Origin: Escherichia coli
GTDB lineage: Bacteria; Pseudomonadota; Gammaproteobacteria; Enterobacterales; Enterobacteriaceae
Reading direction: 5' to 3' (one strand)
Assembly (NCBI RefSeq): GCF_024502345.1
Contig: NZ_JALDNN010000001.1
Length of the DNA stretch: 64,000 bases
The notes beneath the pieces were generated by a model. That model ran no database searches, was not told where the DNA came from, and worked only from the letters and a program-made list of their open reading frames with translations. The translations under genes and the position numbers were made by a program. This document shows, in pieces, positions 53,252 to 63,932 of this stretch (positions within the stretch are counted from its first letter, which is position 1; every line of letters starts with the position of its first letter).

Positions 53252-54700
53252 TTAAAGACCGATGCACATATATTTGATTTCTAAGTAATCTTCGATGCCA
53301 TACTTCGAACCTTCACGACCCAGACCCGAGGCTTTAATGCCGCCGAACGGGGCCACTTCATTGGAAATAATCCCGGTATTGATGCCGACGATGCCGTACT
53401 CCAGCGCCTCGCCCACGCGGAAGACGCGACTTAAATCACGGGCATAGAAATAGGCGGCAAGGCCAAACTCGGTGTCATTGGCTTGCGCGATCACATCGGC
53501 TTCATCTTTAAAACGGAACAGCGGGGCGAGGGGGCCGAAGGTCTCTTCTTTCGACACTTTGGCGTTGGCCGGCACGTCCACCAGAATGGTGGGCTGGAAG
53601 AAGTTACCGCCGCGTTCGTGTGCTTTACCACCGCAAACCACGCGTGCGCCTTTCTCCAGCGCATCGGCAATATGCTCTTCTACTTTTGCTACTGCTTTTT
53701 CATCAATCAGCGGCCCGATAGTGACGCCTTTCTCCAGCCCGTCACCGATGTGCAGTTTGCTCACCGCCTGCTGCAATTTTTCGGCAAAGCGGTCATACAC
53801 GCCGTCCTGCACGTATAAACGGTTGGCGCAGACGCAGGTTTGCCCGGCGTTGCGGAATTTCGAGGCCAGTGCGCCTTCCACGGCTTTATCGAGATCGGCA
53901 TCGTCAAAGACGATAAACGGCGCGTTGCCGCCCAGCTCCAGCGACACTTTTTTGATGTCTTTCGCGCACTGTTCCATTAACTGGCGGCCAATTCCGGTCG
54001 AACCGGTAAACGACAGCTTGCGCACCAGCGGATTGCTGGTCAGTTCGTTACCCACCGCGCCCGCCGAACCGGTGACCACGTTAAATACACCAGCCGGAAT
54101 GCCCGCGCGGATCGCCAGTTCTGCCAGCGCCAGCGCAGAGAACGGCGTCTGACTGGCGGGCTTCAGCACCATCGTGCAGCCTGCCGCCAGCGCCGGACCG
54201 GCTTTGCGGGTAATCATCGCCGCCGGGAAGTTCCACGGCGTGATAGCCGCGGTGACGCCAATCGGCTGCTTGATAACAATCAGGCGTTTATCGGCCTGAT
54301 GACCGGGAATGGTGTCGCCATAAATACGTTTGCCTTCTTCGGCAAACCACTCAATAAAGGAGGCGGCGTAGCTGATTTCGCCTTTCGCTTCTGCCAGTGG
54401 TTTGCCCTGTTCGAGGGTCATCAGGCGCGCTAAATCGTCCTGATGCTCCATCATCAAATTGAACCAGTTGCGCAGAATGTTGGCGCGTTCTTTGGCGGTG
54501 AGCGCACGCCAGGCGGGCAGGGCGCGGTTGGCGGCGTCGATAGCAGCGCGGGTTTCATCAGCGCCCATTTTGGGTACGCTACCCAGCTTGTCGCCGTTCG
54601 CCGGATTGGTGACGTCGATGACCTCGCCATTGTTGGCGTCCAGCCATTCCCCGTTAATCAACGCCTGCTGGCGGAATAAGTTACTGTCGTTAAGTTTCAT
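53252..54700 (-). CDS. gabD: Succinate-semialdehyde dehydrogenase GabD
   Basis: 482-aa aldehyde dehydrogenase ORF. Confidence 0.9.
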   Translation of the reverse strand: MKLNDSNLFRQQALINGEWLDANNGEVIDVTNPANGDKLGSVPKMGADETRAAIDAANRALPAWRALTAKERANILRNWFNLMMEHQDDLARLMTLEQGKPLAEAKGEISYAASFIEWFAEEGKRIYGDTIPGHQADKRLIVIKQPIGVTAAITPWNFPAAMITRKAGPALAAGCTMVLKPASQTPFSALALAELAIRAGIPAGVFNVVTGSAGAVGNELTSNPLVRKLSFTGSTGIGRQLMEQCAKDIKKVSLELGGNAPFIVFDDADLDKAVEGALASKFRNAGQTCVCANRLYVQDGVYDRFAEKLQQAVSKLHIGDGLEKGVTIGPLIDEKAVAKVEEHIADALEKGARVVCGGKAHERGGNFFQPTILVDVPANAKVSKEETFGPLAPLFRFKDEADVIAQANDTEFGLAAYFYARDLSRVFRVGEALEYGIVGINTGIISNEVAPFGGIKASGLGREGSKYGIEDYLEIKYMCIGL

Positions 54701-54722
54701 CGCTACATCCTGTTTTCAAAGG

Positions 54723-55991
54723 TTATTGATTAAATGCGGCGTGTAAGGCATCCACACTACGTGCCGCTCGCAGCGTGCGTCCGGGGTTACTCTGGCTTGC
54801 CAACAGCGTTTGTACCTTGCTGACAATATGCGCACCAATAGGAATTGCTGATGTCGCTGCCGGGGAGGGCGCATTGCAGGTGTGGATCGTGCGCGGGGTG
54901 GTGACAAACAGAAAATCGTCAATCAGCTTGCCGTCCGGCGATACCGCCTGCGCCCGCACACCGGCGGGCCAGGGCTGGAGATCGCTTAACGAAAGCCGGG
55001 GACAATACTTTTGCACCAGCCGCAGATAGCCGCTTTTGCACAGCGAGTTTTTCATCTCGCCCAGTCCTGAGCGTAGATGGTTTTGCAGCACCCGGCGAAT
55101 CCCCGACGAGCCCAAAATCTCCAGCGTGTCGCTAAATGAGAAGTCGCGCTTGCGATAGCCTTCGCGTTTGAACGCCAGCACTGCGTTTGGCCCAACGGTG
55201 ACGCTACCGTCGATCATGCGGGTGAGATGAACGCCTAAAAACGGCATTGCCGGGTCGGGGATGGGGTAAATCAGGTGGTTAACAATCTGGTTATGCTCCG
55301 GCGCCAGGCGGAAATACTCGCCACGGAACGGGCAGATAATAAAGCCCGGTTCGAGGCCGAGCATTTTCACCAGCCGGTCAGCCATCAGCCCGGAACAGCT
55401 AATCAGCGTTGACGCTTCGTATTCGCCACCCTGATGGGTACGTATCACCACGCCGTTTTTATGCTCACTAAGGCCGCTGACTTCGGCGTTATAGATAATC
55501 TCGCCGCCTCTGGCCTGGAAGATTTTTGCCATCGCCGCCGTGACTTCGCGGTAGCTGACAATGCCGCTGGACGGCACAAAAATACCGCCAAGCCCGGTGA
55601 TATTCGGTTCGCGCTCGCGCAGTTCATCGGCGTTTAACCACTCGCGCTCGATACCGTTCGCGGCCGTGCGTTCCCATAAGGCGCGCATCCGTTCCATTTC
55701 GAGTTCAGACGTGGCGACCAGCATCTTGCCGCAGTTGTCGTAGCGAATGCCGTTTTGATCGCAAAAGGCTTTGGTGGCGCGGTTTCCCGCCAGGCAAAAC
55801 TGCGCCTTCAGACTGCCGGGCGTGTAATAAACCCCGGCATGGATCACGCCGCTGTTGTGGCCCGTCTGGTGACAGGCCGGGCCGGACTCTTTTTCCAGCA
55901 ACGCAATGCGGGCATCCGGGTAGACATCAATCAGTTGCATGGCGGTCGACATGCCGATGATGCCACCGCCAATAATCACAAAATCATACAT
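54723..55991 (-). CDS. lhgO: L-2-hydroxyglutarate oxidase/dehydrogenase LhgO (YgaF)
   Basis: 422-aa FAD-dependent ORF with N-terminal GGGIIG dinucleotide motif. Confidence 0.85.
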   Translation of the reverse strand: MYDFVIIGGGIIGMSTAMQLIDVYPDARIALLEKESGPACHQTGHNSGVIHAGVYYTPGSLKAQFCLAGNRATKAFCDQNGIRYDNCGKMLVATSELEMERMRALWERTAANGIEREWLNADELREREPNITGLGGIFVPSSGIVSYREVTAAMAKIFQARGGEIIYNAEVSGLSEHKNGVVIRTHQGGEYEASTLISCSGLMADRLVKMLGLEPGFIICPFRGEYFRLAPEHNQIVNHLIYPIPDPAMPFLGVHLTRMIDGSVTVGPNAVLAFKREGYRKRDFSFSDTLEILGSSGIRRVLQNHLRSGLGEMKNSLCKSGYLRLVQKYCPRLSLSDLQPWPAGVRAQAVSPDGKLIDDFLFVTTPRTIHTCNAPSPAATSAIPIGAHIVSKVQTLLASQSNPGRTLRAARSVDALHAAFNQ

Positions 55992-56009
55992 CCGCTCAAT
56001 TCCTTTGCG

Positions 56010-57101
<1,092 letters not shown>

Positions 57102-57323
57102 CTATTGTGATCAAAAACAACAAATTAGTAACATTTAACGTAGGGTATTAAGGCAAAGTGAGACAGGAAATGAATAACTAAAGCAACAGGTTAGGGGGGA
57201 ATTACCATCAGAGAACAGATTATCTGGTCGATAAAAAACGGTAAATGGCTTCACTGCAAAATGACCGTCAGTAAACTAAACATATTATCTGCCCCGTTTT
57301 AGCGGGGCAGATATAACATTAAA

Positions 57324-59012
57324 TTACAAATAGAGATAGTTCAGCGGTTCTCCTGTTTTCCCTAAAAGAAGAGCGCTACGCCCAGGAATATTGATATTTA
57401 GAGTTCCGCCTCTAAGCATAAATGCTTTACCAGGGGGGATAATTTTTCGGGTATTATTAATAATAATGTTAACGCTATTACTCCCCATGTTTTTATATTT
57501 TCCAGGTTGCAATTTGTTAGGCCAGGCACCTTCAACTTCTTCGTTTCCTTTATTTATTATAACTAGTCCATCATGAGGAGAGTGATTAATGTTCACCGAA
57601 TCCCCACGACTAAAGGCCAGAACGTTTTTAGTTGCAAATACACCCTCAAATGCGCTCCATATTCCTGCTTTATCTATATATAATGCGTGGAATTCATTGT
57701 AGAGCTGCTGATAGGTAGAGCAACCTTTATTAAGCCACGCCTCACCGCCGACACGCGTCGACCCATCATAATTTTTAATTTCAGTCGTTGATTTTAATAC
57801 TTGGCCATCCCAGTAAACTAAAGGCCTGCTGAACGGGAGAGCGGCCATATATGCCATTGCTAATTGTTCATCTTGTTGATGGTTAAATAGAAAGTCATTG
57901 AAAAGATTGCCATTGTTAGGAAAAACGTGGTTAATGTTAATCAATATCCGTCTTTTTGATGGGATGCTTGAGATTGTTGAACCCGGTTTTGATGCAAGGG
58001 TTTGGAGATCGCCACCAAATGAAAAAGCTTTTATCGTCTTCATGAGCAATGAAAAATCAATGGCGCTTAAATCATCTCTTTCATAAAGCAGCGATGACAT
58101 TTGTTGTTCATCCAACTGACAAGTTACCAGATATTCCATGTAATTCATAACGGCTTTTTCATGATATTTTGGGTTAAATAAGTTAGTATTGTGTAATCGC
58201 TCATTATAATTTTTAAGCGGTGGGGTTATTGATCTTTCTATTTGTTCATGTTTTGAGTGTTTTGCCGCATCATAACGTAAACCTCGTACGCCATATTTTC
58301 GCATTTCACGAACGTATTGATTTTGCAGCATAATAACCTGGTCACTTTTGGGGGTTGTTTTAGGCATTCCATTTAAACGCTTTTCTTTTAATGCATGGAG
58401 GTTTTCCCATTCATCCTTAGAAATATTATCTTTACTTGCTTCGAAGTCTTTTGCAGTGAGATGTATATCTTCTGGATGGATTTGTTTACGTTCTTTTGTT
58501 ACTGGATCTATAGTAAATGGAATCAAAACCTGACCTTGCCAATAGCCAGGGATACCACCTTCTATATCTTTACTGATCTTCGCTCGTATATCAGCAGAGG
58601 GATAATCCAGGTCATTTTTACCACTACCCCCGATTCCCATAAAGTTAAAGGTATAATCAGGAATGATATCGATACCAAATTTTTTAGCATCTTTAACCAA
58701 TGCGATAAAATCCTGCAAATCTCCCATTGGATTATGGATGGTACAAAGATCTTCGGGTTGATAAGCGTGAAACCAGTAACCTTTTTCTTCTTCGGGAGTT
58801 TCTGGTCCGTCGGCGCGGAAAGTTGTCACTGGAGGGATTTGTATATACCCATAATGGCAACGTGCAAACTCAGACATATTTTCCCTGATTTGCTGGTAGG
58901 TGGCATTAAAAGCATGAAGAATCGCTTCGCCAGGTTTTTTGGGGGTGATGATTTCACATTGTGATTTCTGAACAGCAGTAAGGGATTTACGCTCAAGTGT
59001 TTGCCGTAGATG
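57324..59012 (-). pseudogene. ygaQ: GH13 (alpha-amylase-like) protein YgaQ, 5-prime-truncated by IS3
   Basis: 517-aa ORF with alpha-amylase region II-like motif GLRYDAAKH; the frame stays open upstream of the first Met as far as the IS3 end at 59013; AT-rich. Confidence 0.7.
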
Positions 59013-59077
59013 TGATCTTACCCAGCAATAGTGGACACGCGGCTAAGTGAGTAAACTCTCAGTCAGAGGTGACTCAC

Positions 59078-59377
59078 ATGACAAAAACAGTATCAACCAG
59101 TAAAAAACCCCGTAAACAGCATTCGCCTGAATTTCGCAGTGAAGCCCTGAAGCTTGCTGAACGCATCGGTGTTACTGCCGCAGCCCGTGAACTCAGCCTG
59201 TATGAATCACAGCTCTACAACTGGCGCAGTAAACAGCAAAATCAGCAGACGTCTTCTGAACGTGAACTGGAGATGTCTACCGAGATTGCACGTCTCAAAC
59301 GCCAGCTGGCAGAACGGGATGAAGAGCTGGCTATCCTCCAAAAGGCCGCGACATACTTCGCGAAGCGCCTGAAATGA
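59078..59377 (+). CDS. insE: IS3 OrfA (InsE)
   Basis: [50 protein letters not shown]... Confidence 0.9.
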   Translation: MTKTVSTSKKPRKQHSPEFRSEALKLAERIGVTAAARELSLYESQLYNWRSKQQNQQTSSERELEMSTEIARLKRQLAERDEELAILQKAATYFAKRLK

Positions 59378-60240
59378 AGTATGTCTTTATTGAAAAACAT
59401 CAGGCTGAGTTCAGCATCAAAGCAATGTGCCGCGTGCTCCGGGTGGCCCGCAGCGGCTGGTATACGTGGTGTCAGCGGCGGACAAGGATAAGCACGCGTC
59501 AGCAGTTCCGCCAACACTGCGACAGCGTTGTCCTCGCGGCTTTTACCCGGTCAAAACAGCGTTACGGTGCCCCACGCCTGACGGATGAACTGCGTGCTCA
59601 GGGTTACCCCTTTAACGTAAAAACCGTGGCGGCAAGCCTGCGCCGTCAGGGACTGAGGGCAAAGGCCTCCCGGAAGTTCAGCCCGGTCAGCTACCGCGCA
59701 CACGGCCTGCCTGTGTCAGAAAATCTGTTGGAGCAGGATTTTTACGCCAGTGGCCCGAACCAGAAGTGGGCAGGAGACATCACGTACTTACGTACAGATG
59801 AAGGCTGGCTGTATCTGGCAGTGGTCATTGACCTGTGGTCACGTGCCGTTATTGGCTGGTCAATGTCGCCACGCATGACGGCGCAACTGGCCTGCGATGC
59901 CCTGCAGATGGCGCTGTGGCGGCGTAAGAGGCCCCGGAACGTTATCGTTCACACGGACCGTGGAGGCCAGTACTGTTCAGCAGATTATCAGGCGCAACTG
60001 AAGCGGCATAATCTGCGTGGAAGTATGAGCGCAAAAGGTTGCTGCTACGATAATGCCTGCGTGGAAAGCTTCTTTCATTCGCTGAAAGTGGAATGTATCC
60101 ATGGAGAACACTTTATCAGCCGGGAAATAATGCGGGCAACGGTGTTTAATTATATCGAATGTGATTACAATCGGTGGCGGCGGCACAGTTGGTGTGGCGG
60201 CCTCAGTCCGGAACAATTTGAAAACCAGAACCTCGCTTAG
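59374..60240 (+). CDS. insF: IS3 OrfB transposase (InsF; DDE)
   Basis: 288-aa ORF overlapping insE in the -1 frame. Confidence 0.9.
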   Translation: MKYVFIEKHQAEFSIKAMCRVLRVARSGWYTWCQRRTRISTRQQFRQHCDSVVLAAFTRSKQRYGAPRLTDELRAQGYPFNVKTVAASLRRQGLRAKASRKFSPVSYRAHGLPVSENLLEQDFYASGPNQKWAGDITYLRTDEGWLYLAVVIDLWSRAVIGWSMSPRMTAQLACDALQMALWRRKRPRNVIVHTDRGGQYCSADYQAQLKRHNLRGSMSAKGCCYDNACVESFFHSLKVECIHGEHFISREIMRATVFNYIECDYNRWRRHSWCGGLSPEQFENQNLA

Positions 60241-60324
60241 GCCTGTGTCCATATTACGTGGGTAGGATCATAATGCTTTGGTTGCTGGCGTATCTGACAG
60301 CTTCTTCGGCGTGAAGGTCGTTGT

Positions 60325-61381
60325 GGCTTTGTTGAATAAATCAGATTTCGGGTAAGTCTCCCCCGTAGCGGGTTGTGTTTTCAGGCAATACGCACGCTTT
60401 CAGGCATACCTGCTTTCGTCATTTTGTTCAGCGCTCGTACCAGGGCCATAGCCTCTGCAACCTGACCATCGTAGTCACGCAGTGTCAGTGAACCCCCGAA
60501 CAGCTGTTTTACCCGGTACATCGCCGTTTCCGCTATCGAGCGACGGTTGTAATCTGTTGTCCATTTCCACCGCGCATTACTCCCGGTCATTCGCTGATTA
60601 GCCACTGCACGGTTACGGTCTGCATATTCACCGGGCCAGTAACCCGCACCTTTTCGGGGAGGGATAAGCGCGCTGATTTTCTTACGCCGCAGTTCATCGT
60701 GACATAGCCGGGTATCGTAAGCGCCATCGGCGGCGGCTGACCTGATTTTCCGGTGGGTTTGCCGGATTAACCCGGGGAAGGCCTCTGAGTCCGTAACGTT
60801 GTTCAGCGACAGGTCAGCGCAGATGATTTCATGTGTTTTACTGTCAACGGCGAGATGCAGCTTACGCCAGATACGGCGGCGTTCCTGGCCATGCTTTTTG
60901 ACTTTCCACTCGCCTTCACCGAAGACCTTCAGCCCGGTGGAATCAATTACCAGGTGTGCGATTTCACCCCGGGTGGGCGTTTTGAAACTGACATTAACCG
61001 ACTTTGCCCGCCTGCTGACACAGCTGTAATCCGGGCAGCGTAGCGGAACGTTCATCAGAGAAAAAATGGAATCAATAAAGCCCTGCGCAGCGCGCAGGGT
61101 CAGCCTGAATACGCGTTTAATGACCAGCACAGTCGTGATGGCAAGGTCAGAATAGCGCTGAGGTCTGCCTCGTGAAGAAGGTGTTGCTGACTCATACCAG
61201 GCCTGAATAGCTTCATCATCCAGCCAGAAAGTTATGGAGCCACGGTTGATGAGGGCTTTATTGTAGGTGGGCCAGTTGGTGATTTTGAACTTTTGCTTTG
61301 CCACGGAACGGTCTGCGTTGTCGGGAAGATACGTGATCTGATCCTTCAACTCAGCAAAAGTTCGATTTATTCAACAAAGCC
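60325..61381 (-). mobile_element. IS903-group (IS5 family) insertion sequence, copy 1 (1057 bp)
   Basis: Terminal inverted repeats GGCTTTGTTGAATAAATC at 60325-60342 and 61364-61381; internal 322-aa transposase ORF. Confidence 0.85.
60381..61349 (-). CDS. IS903-group transposase
   Basis: 322-aa ORF ending ...LVRALNKMTKAGMPESVRIA, recognised as IS903/IS102-type Tnp. Confidence 0.85.
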   Translation of the reverse strand: MKDQITYLPDNADRSVAKQKFKITNWPTYNKALINRGSITFWLDDEAIQAWYESATPSSRGRPQRYSDLAITTVLVIKRVFRLTLRAAQGFIDSIFSLMNVPLRCPDYSCVSRRAKSVNVSFKTPTRGEIAHLVIDSTGLKVFGEGEWKVKKHGQERRRIWRKLHLAVDSKTHEIICADLSLNNVTDSEAFPGLIRQTHRKIRSAAADGAYDTRLCHDELRRKKISALIPPRKGAGYWPGEYADRNRAVANQRMTGSNARWKWTTDYNRRSIAETAMYRVKQLFGGSLTLRDYDGQVAEAMALVRALNKMTKAGMPESVRIA

Positions 61382-61480
61382 TGTCCCCATTTGTAAATGG
61401 CTATGCTTAGTCCACATAGGTTAATGGTGTGATTATTAATTCTTTAACTAAATCAAGATAGTTAATGCATCATGGGAGAG

Positions 61481-61900
61481 TTATGCGGCAATAACTTTGC
61501 ATTTTTGAGACGAAACATAGTCACTCCACCATTGCATGAGAACCACCCGTTCAGTGAGATACTCTGCACGATTGTAGGCTGCAATTATTTCATCTTTCTT
61601 CGAGTGGGCAAGGGCGGCTTCTAAGACATCAGTCCTAAACTTGCCAGACTCCTCAGCAGCCGTTCTAGCAATGGATCGCATACCGTGAGCTACAAGCTCA
61701 CCTCCGAAACCCATACGGATTATGGCCGCATTAGCTGTTTGTTCATGCATGTGATTGAGTGGAGCTTTGATACTGGGGAACACCCACTCTCTATGCCCGC
61801 TGATGACTTTCATTAAATCCAAAACTCGCAAAGCTTCTTTGCTCAGTGGAACTTTGTGAGGCTTCTTCATTTTCATAAACTCCGCCGGGATGTTCCACAT
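61481..61900 (-). pseudogene. P4-type tyrosine integrase, C-terminal remnant A
   Basis: 139-aa ORF with catalytic-domain residues (...LVAHGMRSIARTAAEESG...EAALAHSKKDEIIAAYNRAEYLTERVVLMQWW); an in-frame stop two codons upstream of the Met shows N-terminal truncation. Confidence 0.7.
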
Positions 61901-62062
61901 GCCAGTTTCAATATCAATAGCCGCCTTTCGACGGTGTAGTGGGGAGAGTATTGCTTACAAACGTAATGAAATTGTTTGAGTAGCTAGGCTACTGCATAGG
62001 ATTATTTTGTTCTGTTAATATATCCGTTAATATAGATAGATTGATCCAATTGAGTTTAAGGA

Positions 62063-63772
62063 ATGAGTATGTTTCAGATATCAGCTGGAGTGTTCTTTGA
62101 TTTAGATAAAATAGAAAAACACGATGGCGCATTTGTTTTTTATTCAAATGTTGATGTGTCTTTCTCGGTGGAAAACACCTCCCCTCTTTTTAAAGCAAAT
62201 AAAATAAGTCATGATGGTATAAACTGTTATGTGGTAAACTATACTCTCCTGACCGAAAAACCAGAACGAATTGAAGCTGGAGTCGTAGTTAGGGCTGGTG
62301 ATGAGGATTATAGGCAACAATTTATTTTATTATGGGAATTCTATTTTGATTGTGTGGCTAGAGTAGAAAAAGAATCGGTTAAAAAAATATGTGCATTATC
62401 AAATTTTAATAAACATCACTCAAAAATTGCGCTTGAAGTTGCCCCATATTTAGTGGAGATTAACCGAAGAGTTTCATTTGATGATGTCTCTGGGTTTTCT
62501 GCTTTTATTAAAGATGTAGTGAATCTAAATAGATCTGCCTTTAAATCTTTAATGGCAGCGTTAAAAATAATTAGTGATTCAAAAGAATCATTGTCAACCA
62601 ACTTTGACCTGACTTATTCCATGTTAGTCTATGCCTTGGAGTCTTTGTCTCAAAGAAATGATAACTATAAGTCTGATTGGGATGACTACGATCAAAAAAC
62701 CAGAGGTGAATTAGAGTCTGTATTTGAGCATATGCCTGGTGAGGATGTTTGTAAAATTAAATCAATACTTATTGAAGGCAAACAATTCAGATTACAAAAA
62801 AGGTTCAAAGATTTTATACTGAAAAATCTTGAAGAAAATTATTTCAATGAAACAGAGAGATATCCAATCCGCTATAGCTTCCTTAGTAGAGCTTTAGATA
62901 ATTTATACAAAATCAGGTCTTCTTTTGTCCATGAGCTTAAGCCACTTGATGCAATGATCTCGAAAGCCTACAATCCTGTTGGTGATTGTCTGGTTCTTTT
63001 TGGCGAACCTCACTTCAGTTACTCTGGATTGCTTCGACTTCTTCGCCATGTGATAATAAATTTTTGCCGTAAAAACTACAGTCAAAAAAGAGAGTATGTT
63101 AATTGGGTGATGGAAACATCGGGTGTAATGGTTGCAGAGATATCTGCACAATATTGGCTCTGGAATGCAGACGGATTTACAGCTAAAAGTATAGCGAAGT
63201 GGTTTAGTGAATACCTAAATATGTTAAATTTAGGCGAAGTCACTGATTTGCAGTCTATCATGGACAAAATTGAGATAATCTATGACCAATCCAAAAAAGA
63301 ATATAAAAATGGGTTGTTGTATTTTTATTTCTTATATAACTTAATGCATAATGGAAATAAGGGTGAATGGCTTGAGTTTGCGAACAAGCGAAGTTCTATA
63401 CTTGTTTGTGATATATATTGGTATTCATGCTCTCCATATTTATATAAATCATTTACTAATGTTTCAAATGGTATTGCTGATATAAAAACATTGAGAAACT
63501 TTTTGTCTTGTTTTAACGAATATGATAAAAATAAATTTAAGCCAAATCGTTTAAATCTCCCTGCAATGACCGAAGTAATTATGTTGGCTTGCGCAGCAAA
63601 TTCATTCTTCAGAATTGGAATGTATCAAGACTATGTTTTAATGGGCAATAGAGCGATGAGAGAAATTGCTTCAGTAAAAGATGTATTTTATTATATAAAA
63701 GAACGATTAAGTAATTCACAACTTATTGAATTGGACGAGTGCTTGAGATTGTATAGAAAAAAAGGGGGCTAA
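62063..63772 (+). CDS. Hypothetical protein, 569 aa, AT-rich orphan
   Basis: Complete ORF; RBS AAGGA at 62058-62062 favours the second ATG at 62069; clearly A+T-rich relative to core genes; no family recognised; R-S-S-F-V-H at residues 285-290. Confidence 0.7.
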   Translation: MSMFQISAGVFFDLDKIEKHDGAFVFYSNVDVSFSVENTSPLFKANKISHDGINCYVVNYTLLTEKPERIEAGVVVRAGDEDYRQQFILLWEFYFDCVARVEKESVKKICALSNFNKHHSKIALEVAPYLVEINRRVSFDDVSGFSAFIKDVVNLNRSAFKSLMAALKIISDSKESLSTNFDLTYSMLVYALESLSQRNDNYKSDWDDYDQKTRGELESVFEHMPGEDVCKIKSILIEGKQFRLQKRFKDFILKNLEENYFNETERYPIRYSFLSRALDNLYKIRSSFVHELKPLDAMISKAYNPVGDCLVLFGEPHFSYSGLLRLLRHVIINFCRKNYSQKREYVNWVMETSGVMVAEISAQYWLWNADGFTAKSIAKWFSEYLNMLNLGEVTDLQSIMDKIEIIYDQSKKEYKNGLLYFYFLYNLMHNGNKGEWLEFANKRSSILVCDIYWYSCSPYLYKSFTNVSNGIADIKTLRNFLSCFNEYDKNKFKPNRLNLPAMTEVIMLACAANSFFRIGMYQDYVLMGNRAMREIASVKDVFYYIKERLSNSQLIELDECLRLYRKKGG

Positions 63773-63786
63773 CCCCTTTTATTTTT
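63757..63786. terminator. Bidirectional rho-independent terminator
   Basis: AAAAAAAGGGGG-CTAA-CCCCTTTTTATTTTT overlapping the convergent stop codons of the 569-aa ORF and integrase remnant B. Confidence 0.7.
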
Positions 63787-63932
63787 AACGTATTCTCCCC
63801 ACCAATCCATCAATTCAATTCGCTGCACGAGATAAGTAGAACGATTGTATGCTTTTCTAACTTCATTTTTATCACTGTGGGCTAAGGCAGACTCGATAAC
63901 ATCAGGATTTAATCCAGCTTCATTCATGGCTG
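63769..63932 (-). pseudogene. P4-type tyrosine integrase, C-terminal remnant B, truncated by IS903 copy 2
   Basis: Reverse-strand translation ...AMNEAGLNPDVIESALAHSDKNEVRKAYNRSTYLVQRIELMDWWGEYVKNKRG-stop; about 54 codons; related to but distinct from remnant A. Confidence 0.65.

Larger units (their letters stand above)
59013..60270 (+). mobile_element. IS3 insertion sequence (1258 bp)
   Basis: Ends TGATCTTACCCAGCAATAGTGGACACGCGG... and ...CATATTACGTGGGTAGGATCA match IS3 as I recall it; no 3-bp target duplication (flanks ATG vs TAA). Confidence 0.9.

Noticed and set aside
60271-60324. 54-bp segment between IS3 and IS903 copy 1 as a possible tRNA or att remnant
   Set aside because: It is too short for a tRNA, has no cloverleaf-compatible pairing, and shows no similarity to the tRNA 3-prime ends seen elsewhere in the window.
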